From a virus (Duplodnaviria > Caudoviricetes): a DNA stretch of 57,714 nt. A program made the translations under genes and the position numbers. The stretch covers positions 1 through 57,714 of IMG/VR virus record IMGVR_UViG_3300044806_000061. One strand, given 5' to 3'. How positions within the stretch are numbered: the first letter of the stretch is position 1; every line of letters starts with the position of its first letter. The notes beneath the pieces are model-generated. The model saw only the letters and a list, made by a program, of their open reading frames with translations, ran no database searches and had not been told where the DNA came from. Shown piece by piece: positions 26,052-35,671 of this stretch.

Positions 26052-29000
26052 GAAAGAATTTCCGCAACCTGAGCAAATGTTGCGTCCAATACAGTTTGCT
26101 TCTCGGGGTCGAAATTGACTTGTTGTGCGTTGATGCCACAAACAATGGTTGCATCTAGTACAGGGTCATAGAAGGTCTTGCCCGCTAGTTCAGAAGTGTT
26201 GCCCTTCATCCCTGGCAGGAACCGCTTGATGGTTGCGGCGCCCAAAGCCACGATGACTGCCGGCTTGATAAGTTCCAACTCACGATCCAAGAACCGACCA
26301 CAGGCATTGATCGACTCGTTCGTAAGGAACTTGTCCTGTTTCTTAGCCTTCACCAATGTCGTGTAGTAACCCTCTGCAACCATAAGCCCTGCGTTCTTGA
26401 TCGCTTGCTTGACATACTCGGCGGCATCGCCCTCGAGGAGCTTGTCTTTCTTCTCTTCCTGCCATGTCGGGCAGTCCGATACCACCATAAACTTCACAGT
26501 CGTCTTGGCACGAATGGTCGGGTGTGGCTCGTCTTTCAGTGAGCAATCCGAACACTTCTTGTACTCCTGAGCCAGCATGATGACCTTGGTTCGTAGGAAG
26601 CCTTCACTCAAGTCTGTTGTTCGATCTGCCTTGACTGAATCGATGATGAGTCCTGGCATCATCTCCATCTGATCTTTACGGCGATCTGGATGACGGGGCG
26701 GTTTCTCAGTCGGGTCGATATTGGCCAATGCTCCAACGAGTCTTAGATTCTCAACAACTCTGGCATTCACTTTAGAGCCTGGCTGACTTGCTGAGAGAAC
26801 GAATTCCTGAGCTGTCGCAAACCTATTGCTGAATGTCGTGCCCTCCTCCATGCCCCAGACCTCTTCAATCGTGCCGTCACGCTTCTTCTTTTTTCCAGTG
26901 ACTACCCAAGGTCGATTCTTCTCTCTCAGCTCCACAATCCGCAATGCGGTGTTCTCTGAGATTCCTTTGACCGATGAGAATGGCGCAAGAATGTGATTGT
27001 CATCAGGGATCGTGAACCGATGTGCGGATAGGTTGATGTCGGGTGGCAGAACTTCGATACCGCAGTCTCGCGCATCCTTCACCAGCCCTGGGAGCTTCTC
27101 TTCATCCACGATCGACATACAGGCGGCGAAGTACTCTGCTGGGTAGTTCACTCGAACCCAAAGGCACCAATATGAAATGATTGAATACTCCACAGCATGA
27201 CTGCGATTAAATCCATATCCGGCAAATGCTTCAATCTTGTCGAAGATGTCTCCACCGTTACGCTCGTCCATGCCGACGTGGTTCTTACAGCCCTGAACCC
27301 ACTTGTCGCGCATTTCAGCCATCTTGTCTTTGTCTTTCTTGCCCATCGCTTTACGCAAGTGATCGGCTTCTGCTCTCGTGAAGCCTGCAAGATCGACTGC
27401 GACTTGCATGACCTGTTCCTGATACACGATAACTCCATAGGTAGAGCGCAATGCGTTCTCCATGCTGGGGTGATCGTAGGTCGGTGAGCGCAAGCCCTTC
27501 TTGATCGCAACGAAGTCATCCATCAGACCTGAGTCCATCGGGCCTGGACGATACAAAGCGGTTGCCGCCGTGATGTCCTCGAATGTCAACTTCTCTACTG
27601 AGGCAAGGTCACGAAGGAGCTTCTTCATGCCTGGTGATTCGAACTGGAATACGCCCGTCGTGTCTCCACGACCAAACGATTCCATGATGTTGTCTGCCTC
27701 GAAGTCGATGTCTAGGTAATTGATGTTCTTTCCATGACGCTCGAGGATGTACTGACGAGCAATCTCCAAGACATCAAGCGTGGACAGACCGAGAATATCC
27801 ATCTTGACCAAGCCCCAGTCCTCGACTGTTCGCTTGTCCCAGTTAACCACCGGCGATTCTGAGCGTGTTTCGATGACGGCTCGCCCTGCAAGCGGTTCTC
27901 CCGCAACCACAACGCCTGCGGCATGACGAGCAAAGGCACGCATCGCACCTTCCAAGTTCAGTGCGTGACCCCAAATCTCTTCATAGGTGTCCCTGAACCG
28001 TTCTAGTTCGGGAACCATGCGGGCGGCTTCGGTGAGTGAGAATGATTGACCATGCTCTTTAGGAACGAGCTTAGTCGGTGTCAGGTCAAAGCCACTCAAA
28101 CCATACACTCGACCTGTATCACGCAAAGCGCTGGCACTCGCTAGAGTTGAGAAGTTTGAGATCCCTGCTACACGATCTGCACCATACTTTTCAGTCAGGT
28201 ATTCGATAACCATGTGGCGCTTGGAACTCATGAAGTCCAAGTCAGCGTCAGGCAAGTCAAGTCGTTCGGGGTTGATGAACCGCTCGAACAGGAGGTTGAA
28301 TCGAATCGGGTCAACGTCCGTGATACCGACTAGGTAAGCGACCAACGAACCGCCTACAGAACCTCGTCCTGGACCCACGATGATGCCGTTAGACTTAGCC
28401 CAAGTGACCAAGTCTTCCACCAGCAAGAAGTAGCCTGAGAAGCCCATCTTCTTGAGCACAGACATTTCGTAGGCGAGACGTTCCTTATAGATCGGAATCT
28501 GCTCTTCGCTTGGCTTGTAGCCGAGAACCTCGTGGTCGAATCGCTTTCGCCATCCCTCTACGCATTTCTTACCCAATGCAACGAACTCGTTTTCTGCCAT
28601 CTTGGGCAGGGAGACGGGTTGCTTGGAGAATTTGTAGTTACATTTATCCACAAGCAACTGGATGTTCTGCAATCCGCTAAGAAGGTTTCTGACGTTCTTG
28701 GTGCCGTGCCACTTAGCAAGTCGCCTGGCCGTGGCCTTGACTCGCTCTACTAGATGGTCAGGCTCATGAATGTAGAAGTCCTTGACGAACTGAATCGAGC
28801 GATAGCCCGCATCCATCTGAGTGTTCGATGTAATGCACTTCAATACATCAAGACTTTCAGCCTGCCCATCCGACTTGTAGAAGATCGGATAGGTGACGAG
28901 GTTGTAGTAGGCTTGTTCCGTTACATCGTTGTATGCCAATGCTTTGGCGTTCAGCGTGTCAAAGAGTGGCGTGTCGATCGGGACATACTCAACGAATGTT

Positions 29001-29497
29001 TCAAACTTGGCAGCCAAGCGGTCAACGATCTCGTTCGCATCGGGCATGTGCCAAACGCTGAACAGGTCTCCTGTACTAACTGCCACACCCTCAAGCGCAA
29101 GCACATCCTCGAGCCCTACTCGTGAGTGGTAGTAGAAGTACTCTTCTGAGTTCGCTTTGGAGAGTAGCTTCAGTAGTGACTTAACTCCTGAATCGTCTTT
29201 GATGTACACCTTTAGGAAATACATCGGGTTCGGTTTCTCGGTCTCACCGCTTGCCTTTGATGGCTTGTGATAGGTCGGGTCAGCAACCACTCTGATCCTG
29301 CAACCGATGATGGGCTTCATGCCCTCTTTGAGACATCGATTCGTGAAGTCCACCAAAGCATGAATACTCATGGTGTCCATGAGCGTGACTGATTCGTAGC
29401 CCTTCTCTTTTGCAGTGGCGATCAGATCGTCGACTTGGAGCATTGATTCGCCAATGCTGAAGTCAGTCCTTGCGGCTAGAGCGTGGTTCAAATTCAT
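26048..29497 (-). CDS. dnaE: DNA polymerase III alpha-like (family C) with C-terminal UDG-like domain
   Basis: GPGRGSVGGS, FERFINPER.DLPDADLDF, KMDILGL, GVFQFES, YQEQ, FAGYGFNRSH. Confidence 0.95.
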   Translation of the reverse strand: MNLNHALAARTDFSIGESMLQVDDLIATAKEKGYESVTLMDTMSIHALVDFTNRCLKEGMKPIIGCRIRVVADPTYHKPSKASGETEKPNPMYFLKVYIKDDSGVKSLLKLLSKANSEEYFYYHSRVGLEDVLALEGVAVSTGDLFSVWHMPDANEIVDRLAAKFETFVEYVPIDTPLFDTLNAKALAYNDVTEQAYYNLVTYPIFYKSDGQAESLDVLKCITSNTQMDAGYRSIQFVKDFYIHEPDHLVERVKATARRLAKWHGTKNVRNLLSGLQNIQLLVDKCNYKFSKQPVSLPKMAENEFVALGKKCVEGWRKRFDHEVLGYKPSEEQIPIYKERLAYEMSVLKKMGFSGYFLLVEDLVTWAKSNGIIVGPGRGSVGGSLVAYLVGITDVDPIRFNLLFERFINPERLDLPDADLDFMSSKRHMVIEYLTEKYGADRVAGISNFSTLASASALRDTGRVYGLSGFDLTPTKLVPKEHGQSFSLTEAARMVPELERFRDTYEEIWGHALNLEGAMRAFARHAAGVVVAGEPLAGRAVIETRSESPVVNWDKRTVEDWGLVKMDILGLSTLDVLEIARQYILERHGKNINYLDIDFEADNIMESFGRGDTTGVFQFESPGMKKLLRDLASVEKLTFEDITAATALYRPGPMDSGLMDDFVAIKKGLRSPTYDHPSMENALRSTYGVIVYQEQVMQVAVDLAGFTRAEADHLRKAMGKKDKDKMAEMRDKWVQGCKNHVGMDERNGGDIFDKIEAFAGYGFNRSHAVEYSIISYWCLWVRVNYPAEYFAACMSIVDEEKLPGLVKDARDCGIEVLPPDINLSAHRFTIPDDNHILAPFSSVKGISENTALRIVELREKNRPWVVTGKKKKRDGTIEEVWGMEEGTTFSNRFATAQEFVLSASQPGSKVNARVVENLRLVGALANIDPTEKPPRHPDRRKDQMEMMPGLIIDSVKADRTTDLSEGFLRTKVIMLAQEYKKCSDCSLKDEPHPTIRAKTTVKFMVVSDCPTWQEEKKDKLLEGDAAEYVKQAIKNAGLMVAEGYYTTLVKAKKQDKFLTNESINACGRFLDRELELIKPAVIVALGAATIKRFLPGMKGNTSELAGKTFYDPVLDATIVCGINAQQVNFDPEKQTVLDATFAQVAEILS

Positions 29498-29712
29498 AGA
29501 ATGAGTTTCCTCTTCTCGATCATTTCCGCAACACGCTCTCGGGCGGCATCACCCGTCTGTCTCGGGGACATCGGGTATGAATACTTGCCAACACTACCCA
29601 TGTTGACTTGAATACAGCACCATTCGAACAAGAGCCTATTCAGCAGTTGGTTGCGATCTTCCAACTCATCGCAACGAGCCTTTAATTGGTCATAGGTTAT
29701 TTCTTTAATCAT
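29494..29712 (-). CDS. hypothetical protein
   Basis: ORF, likely start MIKEIT. Confidence 0.55.
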   Translation of the reverse strand: MIKEITYDQLKARCDELEDRNQLLNRLLFEWCCIQVNMGSVGKYSYPMSPRQTGDAARERVAEMIEKRKLIL

Positions 29713-29959
29713 CTTCTCTTTCCTCCTCTGGGACATAACGCTCCCAAATAATTAACCAATTATAGTTGTAACTCTCACTAGAACTTGTAATGTAGGGTCG
29801 TCTATTCCCTATGCTGTCACATTCATAATTCATGGTATGAGCTAACATGCTACTCATTTTAATCAGCTCGATCTTGTTTAACCGAAAACCTCGTGACGGC
29901 GGATTTAGAGTGGCCGGCGGTGCGCCTCCGTAATACGTCTCTGTTTTGTATTCATACAT
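29705..29959 (-). CDS. hypothetical protein
   Basis: ORF, likely start MYEYK. Confidence 0.5.
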   Translation of the reverse strand: MYEYKTETYYGGAPPATLNPPSRGFRLNKIELIKMSSMLAHTMNYECDSIGNRRPYITSSSESYNYNWLIIWERYVPEEEREDD

Positions 29960-30647
29960 TATCACCACCAATCTCAGGGCTTACAACAAACCCTGATTCA
30001 TCGCCTGTGATAATCCCAAGTGCTTCAAAGCATTGCACCACAATGCCCACATGAGATACCGCACTACCATTGCTCCATTTGAGCTTGGAGACCATCGCTT
30101 TACGCAGACTCTCTCGTGTGACTGTGCCTTTGAGTAGCTCGTCACAAGTCACGCTCAGAAAATCTGGCTTGCTTACAGAAGCGAATGGTGAGCGCCCCTG
30201 GCGTAGCTCTTCTTTGATGGTAGCTATCAAACCTTTACGAGCGAGCCTGATAGCGAGGTCAGCAGGCTTCTTGTTCATGCCCTGAACGACTGTCTGAAGA
30301 TCGTTCGGAATCTCGAATGCCACTTTCTCGACGGGCGCTTTACGCTCGACTTTGGCATCCGAGTTCTTCGGAGAGGGCATGAACTTGAAGCTGGGCTTGG
30401 TAGTCAATTGGTCGGCCTTCTCAGCGCTGACGCCCCTACGAGCCATCACATGACGGCGAAGGATGTCTGACACATCGATGGTCGATTGAAGTTTCTGAAG
30501 AGTGTCCTGACAAGCGATCATGCAAGTGTCAAAGGCTGGGCATGCCTGGCACACCTTTGAGTCCTGACCGAACACGCTTGGAGCACCGTAACAAGCTGGT
30601 GCCATTGCCGCGATTGCTTTAGCTGATTGCATTTCCATATTCATCAT
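29952..30647 (-). CDS. hypothetical protein with N-terminal Cys cluster and possible C-terminal winged helix
   Basis: PACYG...CQACP....C...C; start moved to MMNMEM. Confidence 0.65.
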   Translation of the reverse strand: MMNMEMQSAKAIAAMAPACYGAPSVFGQDSKVCQACPAFDTCMIACQDTLQKLQSTIDVSDILRRHVMARRGVSAEKADQLTTKPSFKFMPSPKNSDAKVERKAPVEKVAFEIPNDLQTVVQGMNKKPADLAIRLARKGLIATIKEELRQGRSPFASVSKPDFLSVTCDELLKGTVTRESLRKAMVSKLKWSNGSAVSHVGIVVQCFEALGIITGDESGFVVSPEIGGDNV

Positions 30648-30649
30648 CC

Positions 30650-31303
30650 TTATAGGTATCTCTCGGTATCCACTTTTTCTAGTAAAGCAATCTCCTTGAT
30701 TGCTTCGTTTACATGGCTTGGGCAAGCCCCTGCAACCATGACTAGAAACGATCCAACATAACGAGGTGAGAGCGTCGCCATGTTGCATGACGAGATTCCG
30801 ATACTGCGTCCAAACTCAGCGTGGTACTTTGCCATACGGAGCTGTTCAAGTAGCTCAGGTGGCGGAGTCAGCGTCCAGTTGAAAATCAATCCTGCCAATG
30901 GCGAAAGAGTCTTGCTCACATGAATCAGGAACTCTTTGCATTTGTAGTAACTCTCAGGTGACGATGGATCAACCATCATTACATTCTCAACATCCGAGTC
31001 GCCACCAGCCCGATCATCCATCTCCTCGACACTGAGCACGCCATACGTCAAGCGTTCCGAAATCTGCTTTTGCGCCCAGTTGTTAAGTTTGTTAAAAGCC
31101 GCCATGTAGTAATAAGTCGTGAACTTGAAGCCTTTAGATGCATCGAATCCTTCGTAGGCTTTCAAGAACACTATCGACATCTCCTGAAATACATCTTCAT
31201 AATCTAACCCCACCCCCGCTGACTGAAGTCGGGCGTAACCCTTCCTCGAGACAGCGTGGACGAGACCCTTGTTCTTCTCGTAGAACTCGGCGACTGGGAG
31301 CAT
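30650..31303 (-). CDS. sigma-70 family factor-like protein (region 2)
   Basis: N.GLV..V...Y...ED.FQE....FLKA...FD.SKGFKFTTY. Confidence 0.75.
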   Translation of the reverse strand: MLPVAEFYEKNKGLVHAVSRKGYARLQSAGVGLDYEDVFQEMSIVFLKAYEGFDASKGFKFTTYYYMAAFNKLNNWAQKQISERLTYGVLSVEEMDDRAGGDSDVENVMMVDPSSPESYYKCKEFLIHVSKTLSPLAGLIFNWTLTPPPELLEQLRMAKYHAEFGRSIGISSCNMATLSPRYVGSFLVMVAGACPSHVNEAIKEIALLEKVDTERYL

Positions 31304-31306
31304 GAA

Positions 31307-32485
31307 TTAAGCTCCGAAGATTCTTTGAGCAAGTCCGTCCACAACTTCACGATCCACTTTGGATAGCTTGTTGATGAAAGATAAAGTAATACCCTGACGG
31401 AACGATCCACGCTTGACACCGATCTTGGATGCGTAGATCAAAGTACGAGGCGAAATCACATCACTGATTTTTGCTCCGTCGTATGCATCACGCACAAGAG
31501 TGGCGAACTCAACGAGCTTGTCGCTATCCTCTTTAGTCAAACCGACCTGATTCTGGAGAATCTGGGACTCGGCTTGTTTCTTCATGTAGCGCTTATGAAT
31601 CACCATGCCAAAGCGGTCATAGTTGGCGCTGTTCTGAAGATTCGTACCCTGATACAGACCCGTCTCGTCACCTGAGCCGTTGGTATTACCAGTGGCACAG
31701 AAGCGGAAATTCGGATGAGGTTTCACGATACGATTGGCATCGTCAGCCTCCTTAATCATTAGTGACTTACCTTCGAGCACAGCCTGATATACCGAGAGAA
31801 CCGAAGGCAACGAGAAGTCATATTCGTCAGCCACATACATCCAGCCATTTTGCATAGCCATCGGTAGCGGGCCCATTTCGAATACAGTCTCACCGCCCTT
31901 GACAGTCCATTGACCGACAATATGCGACTCTTCCGTATTAACTGTGTGCTGGACACGAATCATCGGGCGATTGGTACGGGCGGCAATCTGTTCGAACAAT
32001 TCAGTCTTACCAGCACCCTTGTGACCCCAGACATAGCAAGGAATATTGAGTTCCAATGCGAGGATGACATTCTTCAATTCATCGATGTCATACACATAGT
32101 TGTCGGAGATTTGCGGAACGAGTTGCTGATGAGCGCCATTAGCGATGACAGTGATTGGAATAGATTCGCCCTTTGAAGACAAGGCGGCTTTGATCTTGCC
32201 CAGTCCGAAAGTCTCGTGAAACGCCTTCTTGAGCATACCGCTCTTGGGTGCGAGCGGCGATGCAGACTCAGAGGTGGCCATTTCGACAGTAGTCTCAGGC
32301 TCAGATGCTTTAGCGGCTTTGCGCTCTGCAATCTTGGCGAGAGCCAGAGCTGACAGCAATGGAGCATCGGGATAAGTATCGACATAATCGTCGAGGCTCA
32401 TCGATGGGTGTTCCTTACTCAGGTGAAGTTGTACAGAGTGAACTTGTGCCCCACAGACCTGACAAGTAATTTTAGATTCAGACAT
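31307..32485 (-). CDS. CobS/MoxR-like AAA+ ATPase with N-terminal zinc finger
   Basis: CQVC..H...H; GHKGAGKT; ADEYD; HPNFR..ATGNT.G.GD; DRF; SPR. Confidence 0.88.
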   Translation of the reverse strand: MSESKITCQVCGAQVHSVQLHLSKEHPSMSLDDYVDTYPDAPLLSALALAKIAERKAAKASEPETTVEMATSESASPLAPKSGMLKKAFHETFGLGKIKAALSSKGESIPITVIANGAHQQLVPQISDNYVYDIDELKNVILALELNIPCYVWGHKGAGKTELFEQIAARTNRPMIRVQHTVNTEESHIVGQWTVKGGETVFEMGPLPMAMQNGWMYVADEYDFSLPSVLSVYQAVLEGKSLMIKEADDANRIVKPHPNFRFCATGNTNGSGDETGLYQGTNLQNSANYDRFGMVIHKRYMKKQAESQILQNQVGLTKEDSDKLVEFATLVRDAYDGAKISDVISPRTLIYASKIGVKRGSFRQGITLSFINKLSKVDREVVDGLAQRIFGA

Positions 32486-32542
32486 ATTTACTCTCCTTAA
32501 TTTGCTGATAATTCAGCGATTCATAAATACTGCAATGATTAA

Positions 32543-32593
32543 ATATTAAACTGGTATTACAGGACAAGCAAGTCACTCCTGACTTATCCTGTA
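32543..32593 (-). promoter_or_regulatory. promoter (TTGCTT-GT-CCTGTA-N9-TAATAT) with operator abutting the -35
   Basis: promoter 32543-32571, palindrome 32571-32584, inverted CCTGTA at 32588-32593. Confidence 0.7.
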
Positions 32594-32603
32594 ACATTGC
32601 CAA

Positions 32604-34622
32604 TCAAACTCCCAACAACAGATGGCGTAGCTCTTTGATAACTGTCGTTGGCAAAGTGCTAATGTCATTCAAAACGATATTCTTCGGATAGTATTCCTGA
32701 ACCGAAGTCGTCTGAATGCCAATACCGACAACTTTCACTCCAGCGCTTTCTACCTCCCGAACGACATGCTTCAAGTGGCACTGAAGATCAGTACGACTTC
32801 CTGCGGCACATGGTTCACCATCCGATAGCACGATCATGATCTTGCCAGCTTCACGGCGAGCCAAGAGGCGACGAGCCGCAATCTCAACGCACTCACCATC
32901 CACGTTATTGCGAAGGATATTAGCGTGCGGTAGCCATGCAAAGCGATCCTTGACATTAGATACCATCCGCTCTTCGTAGCCTTTGAGAATCGGCATGTAC
33001 AAGCCCTCAACCCGTGAGAATCGAACACCCTTGTCTCGCTCTTCCTTATACATTGCTTCTTCCAGTCCACGAATATCTTTGGTGGAGAAGCAAATTACTT
33101 CATTCTTGATATTGAGGCGATCAAGAACTGCGGAGAGTGCGTAAGCGGCTTGTGCGGCAATGGCAATACGGCTACCTGACATCGAACCCGACGCATCCAC
33201 AACCAGCTCCACCGCTACATCCTTACTGGTGGACTCATGCTTGCGAGAGAACACCCTTGTATCGTTGACTGCCAAGCGAGACAGGTTGGCAGAGTGCAAA
33301 CGACCTGAGCGATGTCCATGAGAGCGTGTCGCCAGCGAACGTGCGGCAACCGCCCGCTCGAGGTCTTTCTGGAGTGGGGCAACCATGTGCTCCACAGCAT
33401 CGATGATTCGAGCCGTCATGGTCTTGTCCATACTGCGCCCGACTGGTAGCTTCTCCACGAGGTCATGATCTTTCGTGAAGGGCAGATAGGTCGCATTGCC
33501 AGCAGATTTGGTGGCTGACTTTGAGATGGCATCACTGAGCATCTCGTCGTAACCGCCAAGACCGTCTTTATCGAGTTCATCCCACATTGGACTGGTGAGC
33601 GTTGAATCCGCGTCGGCCGTGCCTGGCTTGGTTTCTGAAGCACTACCCGTCACTTTCGGAACGCCTGGCTCTTCCAGCTCTACCTCGTCTTCATCCTCAG
33701 TGATGACATCGGACACAATATCGTCACCGCCCTCTGAACCTTCTGAGCCCTCAGATTCATCGCTCTCGGCAGAGTCTTTAGATTCGTCTTCCTTGTCGTC
33801 AGGTTTCTCAGCTTCGCCAGGTGTGTCTTCAGTCTCTTCAGACTCCTCGCCAGTCGAGCCTTCAGAGTCACCCGCTTCGCCGGTACTAGTTCCTGCCTTA
33901 CCTTTCGACTCGCCCTTACTCTTGGCACTCTTCGACTTGCTCTTGCTCTCGCCCTCGCCTTCGCTCTCCTCTTCAGAGCGATCTTTGGTAAGGCGCTTCT
34001 TGATTTCTAGCGCAATGTCCAAACAGTCACGAGTGGACGTTGCTGCCTCAAGGCGAGGAGCGAGGTCTTTGATCTTGTCGTATACGGGGGCAACCAGCTT
34101 CCACTTGTCACTCATGAACTCTTGGAAGACAAGCTGACCCGACATCGCACGAATCATTGGAACCATCAGCGTTTGGATGACTGCGTTCGAATCACCCTTT
34201 GCTCGCTCTTCAACAAGACGAGGAACAATAAACTTATCGAGAAAGAACTTGCTAGTCACGGCTAGGTTGTGCTTTGATCCAGCAAAGCGCTCACCCATGC
34301 ATTTTTCAATGCGTGGATCTTCAAGTGCATTAACCATAAAGCCGACTTGCTTGCCGTGCTTCATCGCTTCGCCCATCACCGTAAACTCGGTGAATAGAAT
34401 ATGAGCGACCTCGTGATCCAAGAAGCCTTGAATGGCGGCACAGAGTTCTTCGGTAGCGTTGTCAGGCAGATACGGCAGATTGACAGAAATCGGAGTACCG
34501 TTGGGATCTGACTTAACATAAGCGTTCAGCCCTTGCTGAGTTACTCTGATGCCACGACCCGACAACATCTGGGTAATCTTTACTACTGACTCTCTGAGAA
34601 TAAATACTCTATCGTTTTTCAT
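32604..34622 (-). CDS. CobT-like VWA-domain protein
   Basis: DHEVAH, NALED.RIE, acidic linker, DASGSM MIDAS, LSDGEP, GIGI. Confidence 0.88.
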   Translation of the reverse strand: MKNDRVFILRESVVKITQMLSGRGIRVTQQGLNAYVKSDPNGTPISVNLPYLPDNATEELCAAIQGFLDHEVAHILFTEFTVMGEAMKHGKQVGFMVNALEDPRIEKCMGERFAGSKHNLAVTSKFFLDKFIVPRLVEERAKGDSNAVIQTLMVPMIRAMSGQLVFQEFMSDKWKLVAPVYDKIKDLAPRLEAATSTRDCLDIALEIKKRLTKDRSEEESEGEGESKSKSKSAKSKGESKGKAGTSTGEAGDSEGSTGEESEETEDTPGEAEKPDDKEDESKDSAESDESEGSEGSEGGDDIVSDVITEDEDEVELEEPGVPKVTGSASETKPGTADADSTLTSPMWDELDKDGLGGYDEMLSDAISKSATKSAGNATYLPFTKDHDLVEKLPVGRSMDKTMTARIIDAVEHMVAPLQKDLERAVAARSLATRSHGHRSGRLHSANLSRLAVNDTRVFSRKHESTSKDVAVELVVDASGSMSGSRIAIAAQAAYALSAVLDRLNIKNEVICFSTKDIRGLEEAMYKEERDKGVRFSRVEGLYMPILKGYEERMVSNVKDRFAWLPHANILRNNVDGECVEIAARRLLARREAGKIMIVLSDGEPCAAGSRTDLQCHLKHVVREVESAGVKVVGIGIQTTSVQEYYPKNIVLNDISTLPTTVIKELRHLLLGV

Positions 34623-34635
34623 AACACCTCCGTGA

Positions 34636-34687
34636 AGTCACAATTGACTGATATACAAATCATAAACTGCGAATCTTGGAGTAACAA
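34636..34687 (-). promoter_or_regulatory. promoter TTGTTA-N17-TATGAT with downstream operator AGTCA-CAAT-TGACT
   Basis: promoter 34659-34687, palindrome 34636-34649. Confidence 0.65.
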
Positions 34688-34696
34688 TGCTGGCAA

Positions 34697-34735
34697 GCTC
34701 AAAACCTGCGGGAGATTGTAAGGCAGGTTTTGAGC
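34697..34735. terminator. 13-bp stem-loop, possible terminator
   Basis: GCTCAAAACCTGC / GCAGGTTTTGAGC between gmk-like gene and cobT promoter. Confidence 0.45.
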
Positions 34736-34824
34736 GTACAAAAGGCATCATACTGTTATGCGAGCCGCAAGCCCATTGATTGTATTTACTAGGGTGGGTT
34801 CTCCGAACTTAGGATGATGGCCCA

Positions 34825-35490
34825 TTAGGATTTGAGCCACGCCCAGATCGACTTCTTCCCATTTGCTAAAGCGCAAGTTCCCATGAGACGCAATACGATC
34901 ATGTCGATGTTGGACTCGTCGAAGTGGGATAGGTACAAATGAATGTAGTCCCACGCCGCGAGCTTCCAAGTCGACTCGACTGTCATCATCGTGCCGAGCC
35001 TCGTGCTGTAAGTTGCCAGGGTCTTGGCGCCTTTAATGTAGTCGCCAACCATTGCCGATTCCATGCCTTCTTGTGCAAAGCGTATCAGGAAGCGTTCAGC
35101 GATGACGTTTGGAGGGTTGTCGATGAAGAGGGAGAACAGACCCCACTCATGCTCCTTAGCGTAAGCGTTGATCTGCTTTAGACCTTCAGGCTCAACAACG
35201 ATGACGATGGGCTTGCCTTCTTCTGCGGCCTTCTTGACCTCTTTGGCTGAAGCCCCGTAGTAGTTGCCGTTGAACTCAACAGTCTCGATGAACGCACCCA
35301 GCTCTTTCAGGCGCTTGAACTCTGACTTGCTCACGAAGTAGTACGAGTCTCCATCAACCTCACCCGCTCTCGGTGGTCGAGTGGTCGTGGAGATTATGCT
35401 CACGAAGCCCTCTTGAATGAGGCGCTTTTCTAACGTGGTCTTGCCTGCACAGGATGGCCCTGTAAGTGTGACGATAAATGGCTTAGTCAT
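34825..35490 (-). CDS. gmk: guanylate kinase-like protein
   Basis: GPSCAGKTT; STTTRPPRAGEVDG.SYYFVS; NGNYYG. Confidence 0.85.
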   Translation of the reverse strand: MTKPFIVTLTGPSCAGKTTLEKRLIQEGFVSIISTTTRPPRAGEVDGDSYYFVSKSEFKRLKELGAFIETVEFNGNYYGASAKEVKKAAEEGKPIVIVVEPEGLKQINAYAKEHEWGLFSLFIDNPPNVIAERFLIRFAQEGMESAMVGDYIKGAKTLATYSTRLGTMMTVESTWKLAAWDYIHLYLSHFDESNIDMIVLRLMGTCALANGKKSIWAWLKS

Positions 35491-35671
35491 TCTGAGTTCT
35501 TTCTTTCGCTAGTTGTTCTGTTAGTAATTCGAGTAGCTCCGTCATGGTGAAGATCGGAACCTCATGGCCTTGGTTATCCAAGACCTGTACAAGTCCACCG
35601 AGACCCGTAGAGAGGACTTGCGTCTTCCAGGGAAAGGTGGCTTTGATAGCTTTATATTGTTCGTCAGTCAT
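35483..35671 (-). CDS. hypothetical protein
   Basis: ORF with overlaps. Confidence 0.6.
   Translation of the reverse strand: MTDEQYKAIKATFPWKTQVLSTGLGGLVQVLDNQGHEVPIFTMTELLELLTEQLAKERTQND

Noticed and set aside
31307-34622. Cobalamin biosynthesis auxiliary genes
   Set aside because: No cobN or other cob genes are present; phage CobS/CobT-like pairs are generic AAA+/VWA systems, despite the B12-dependent RNR.
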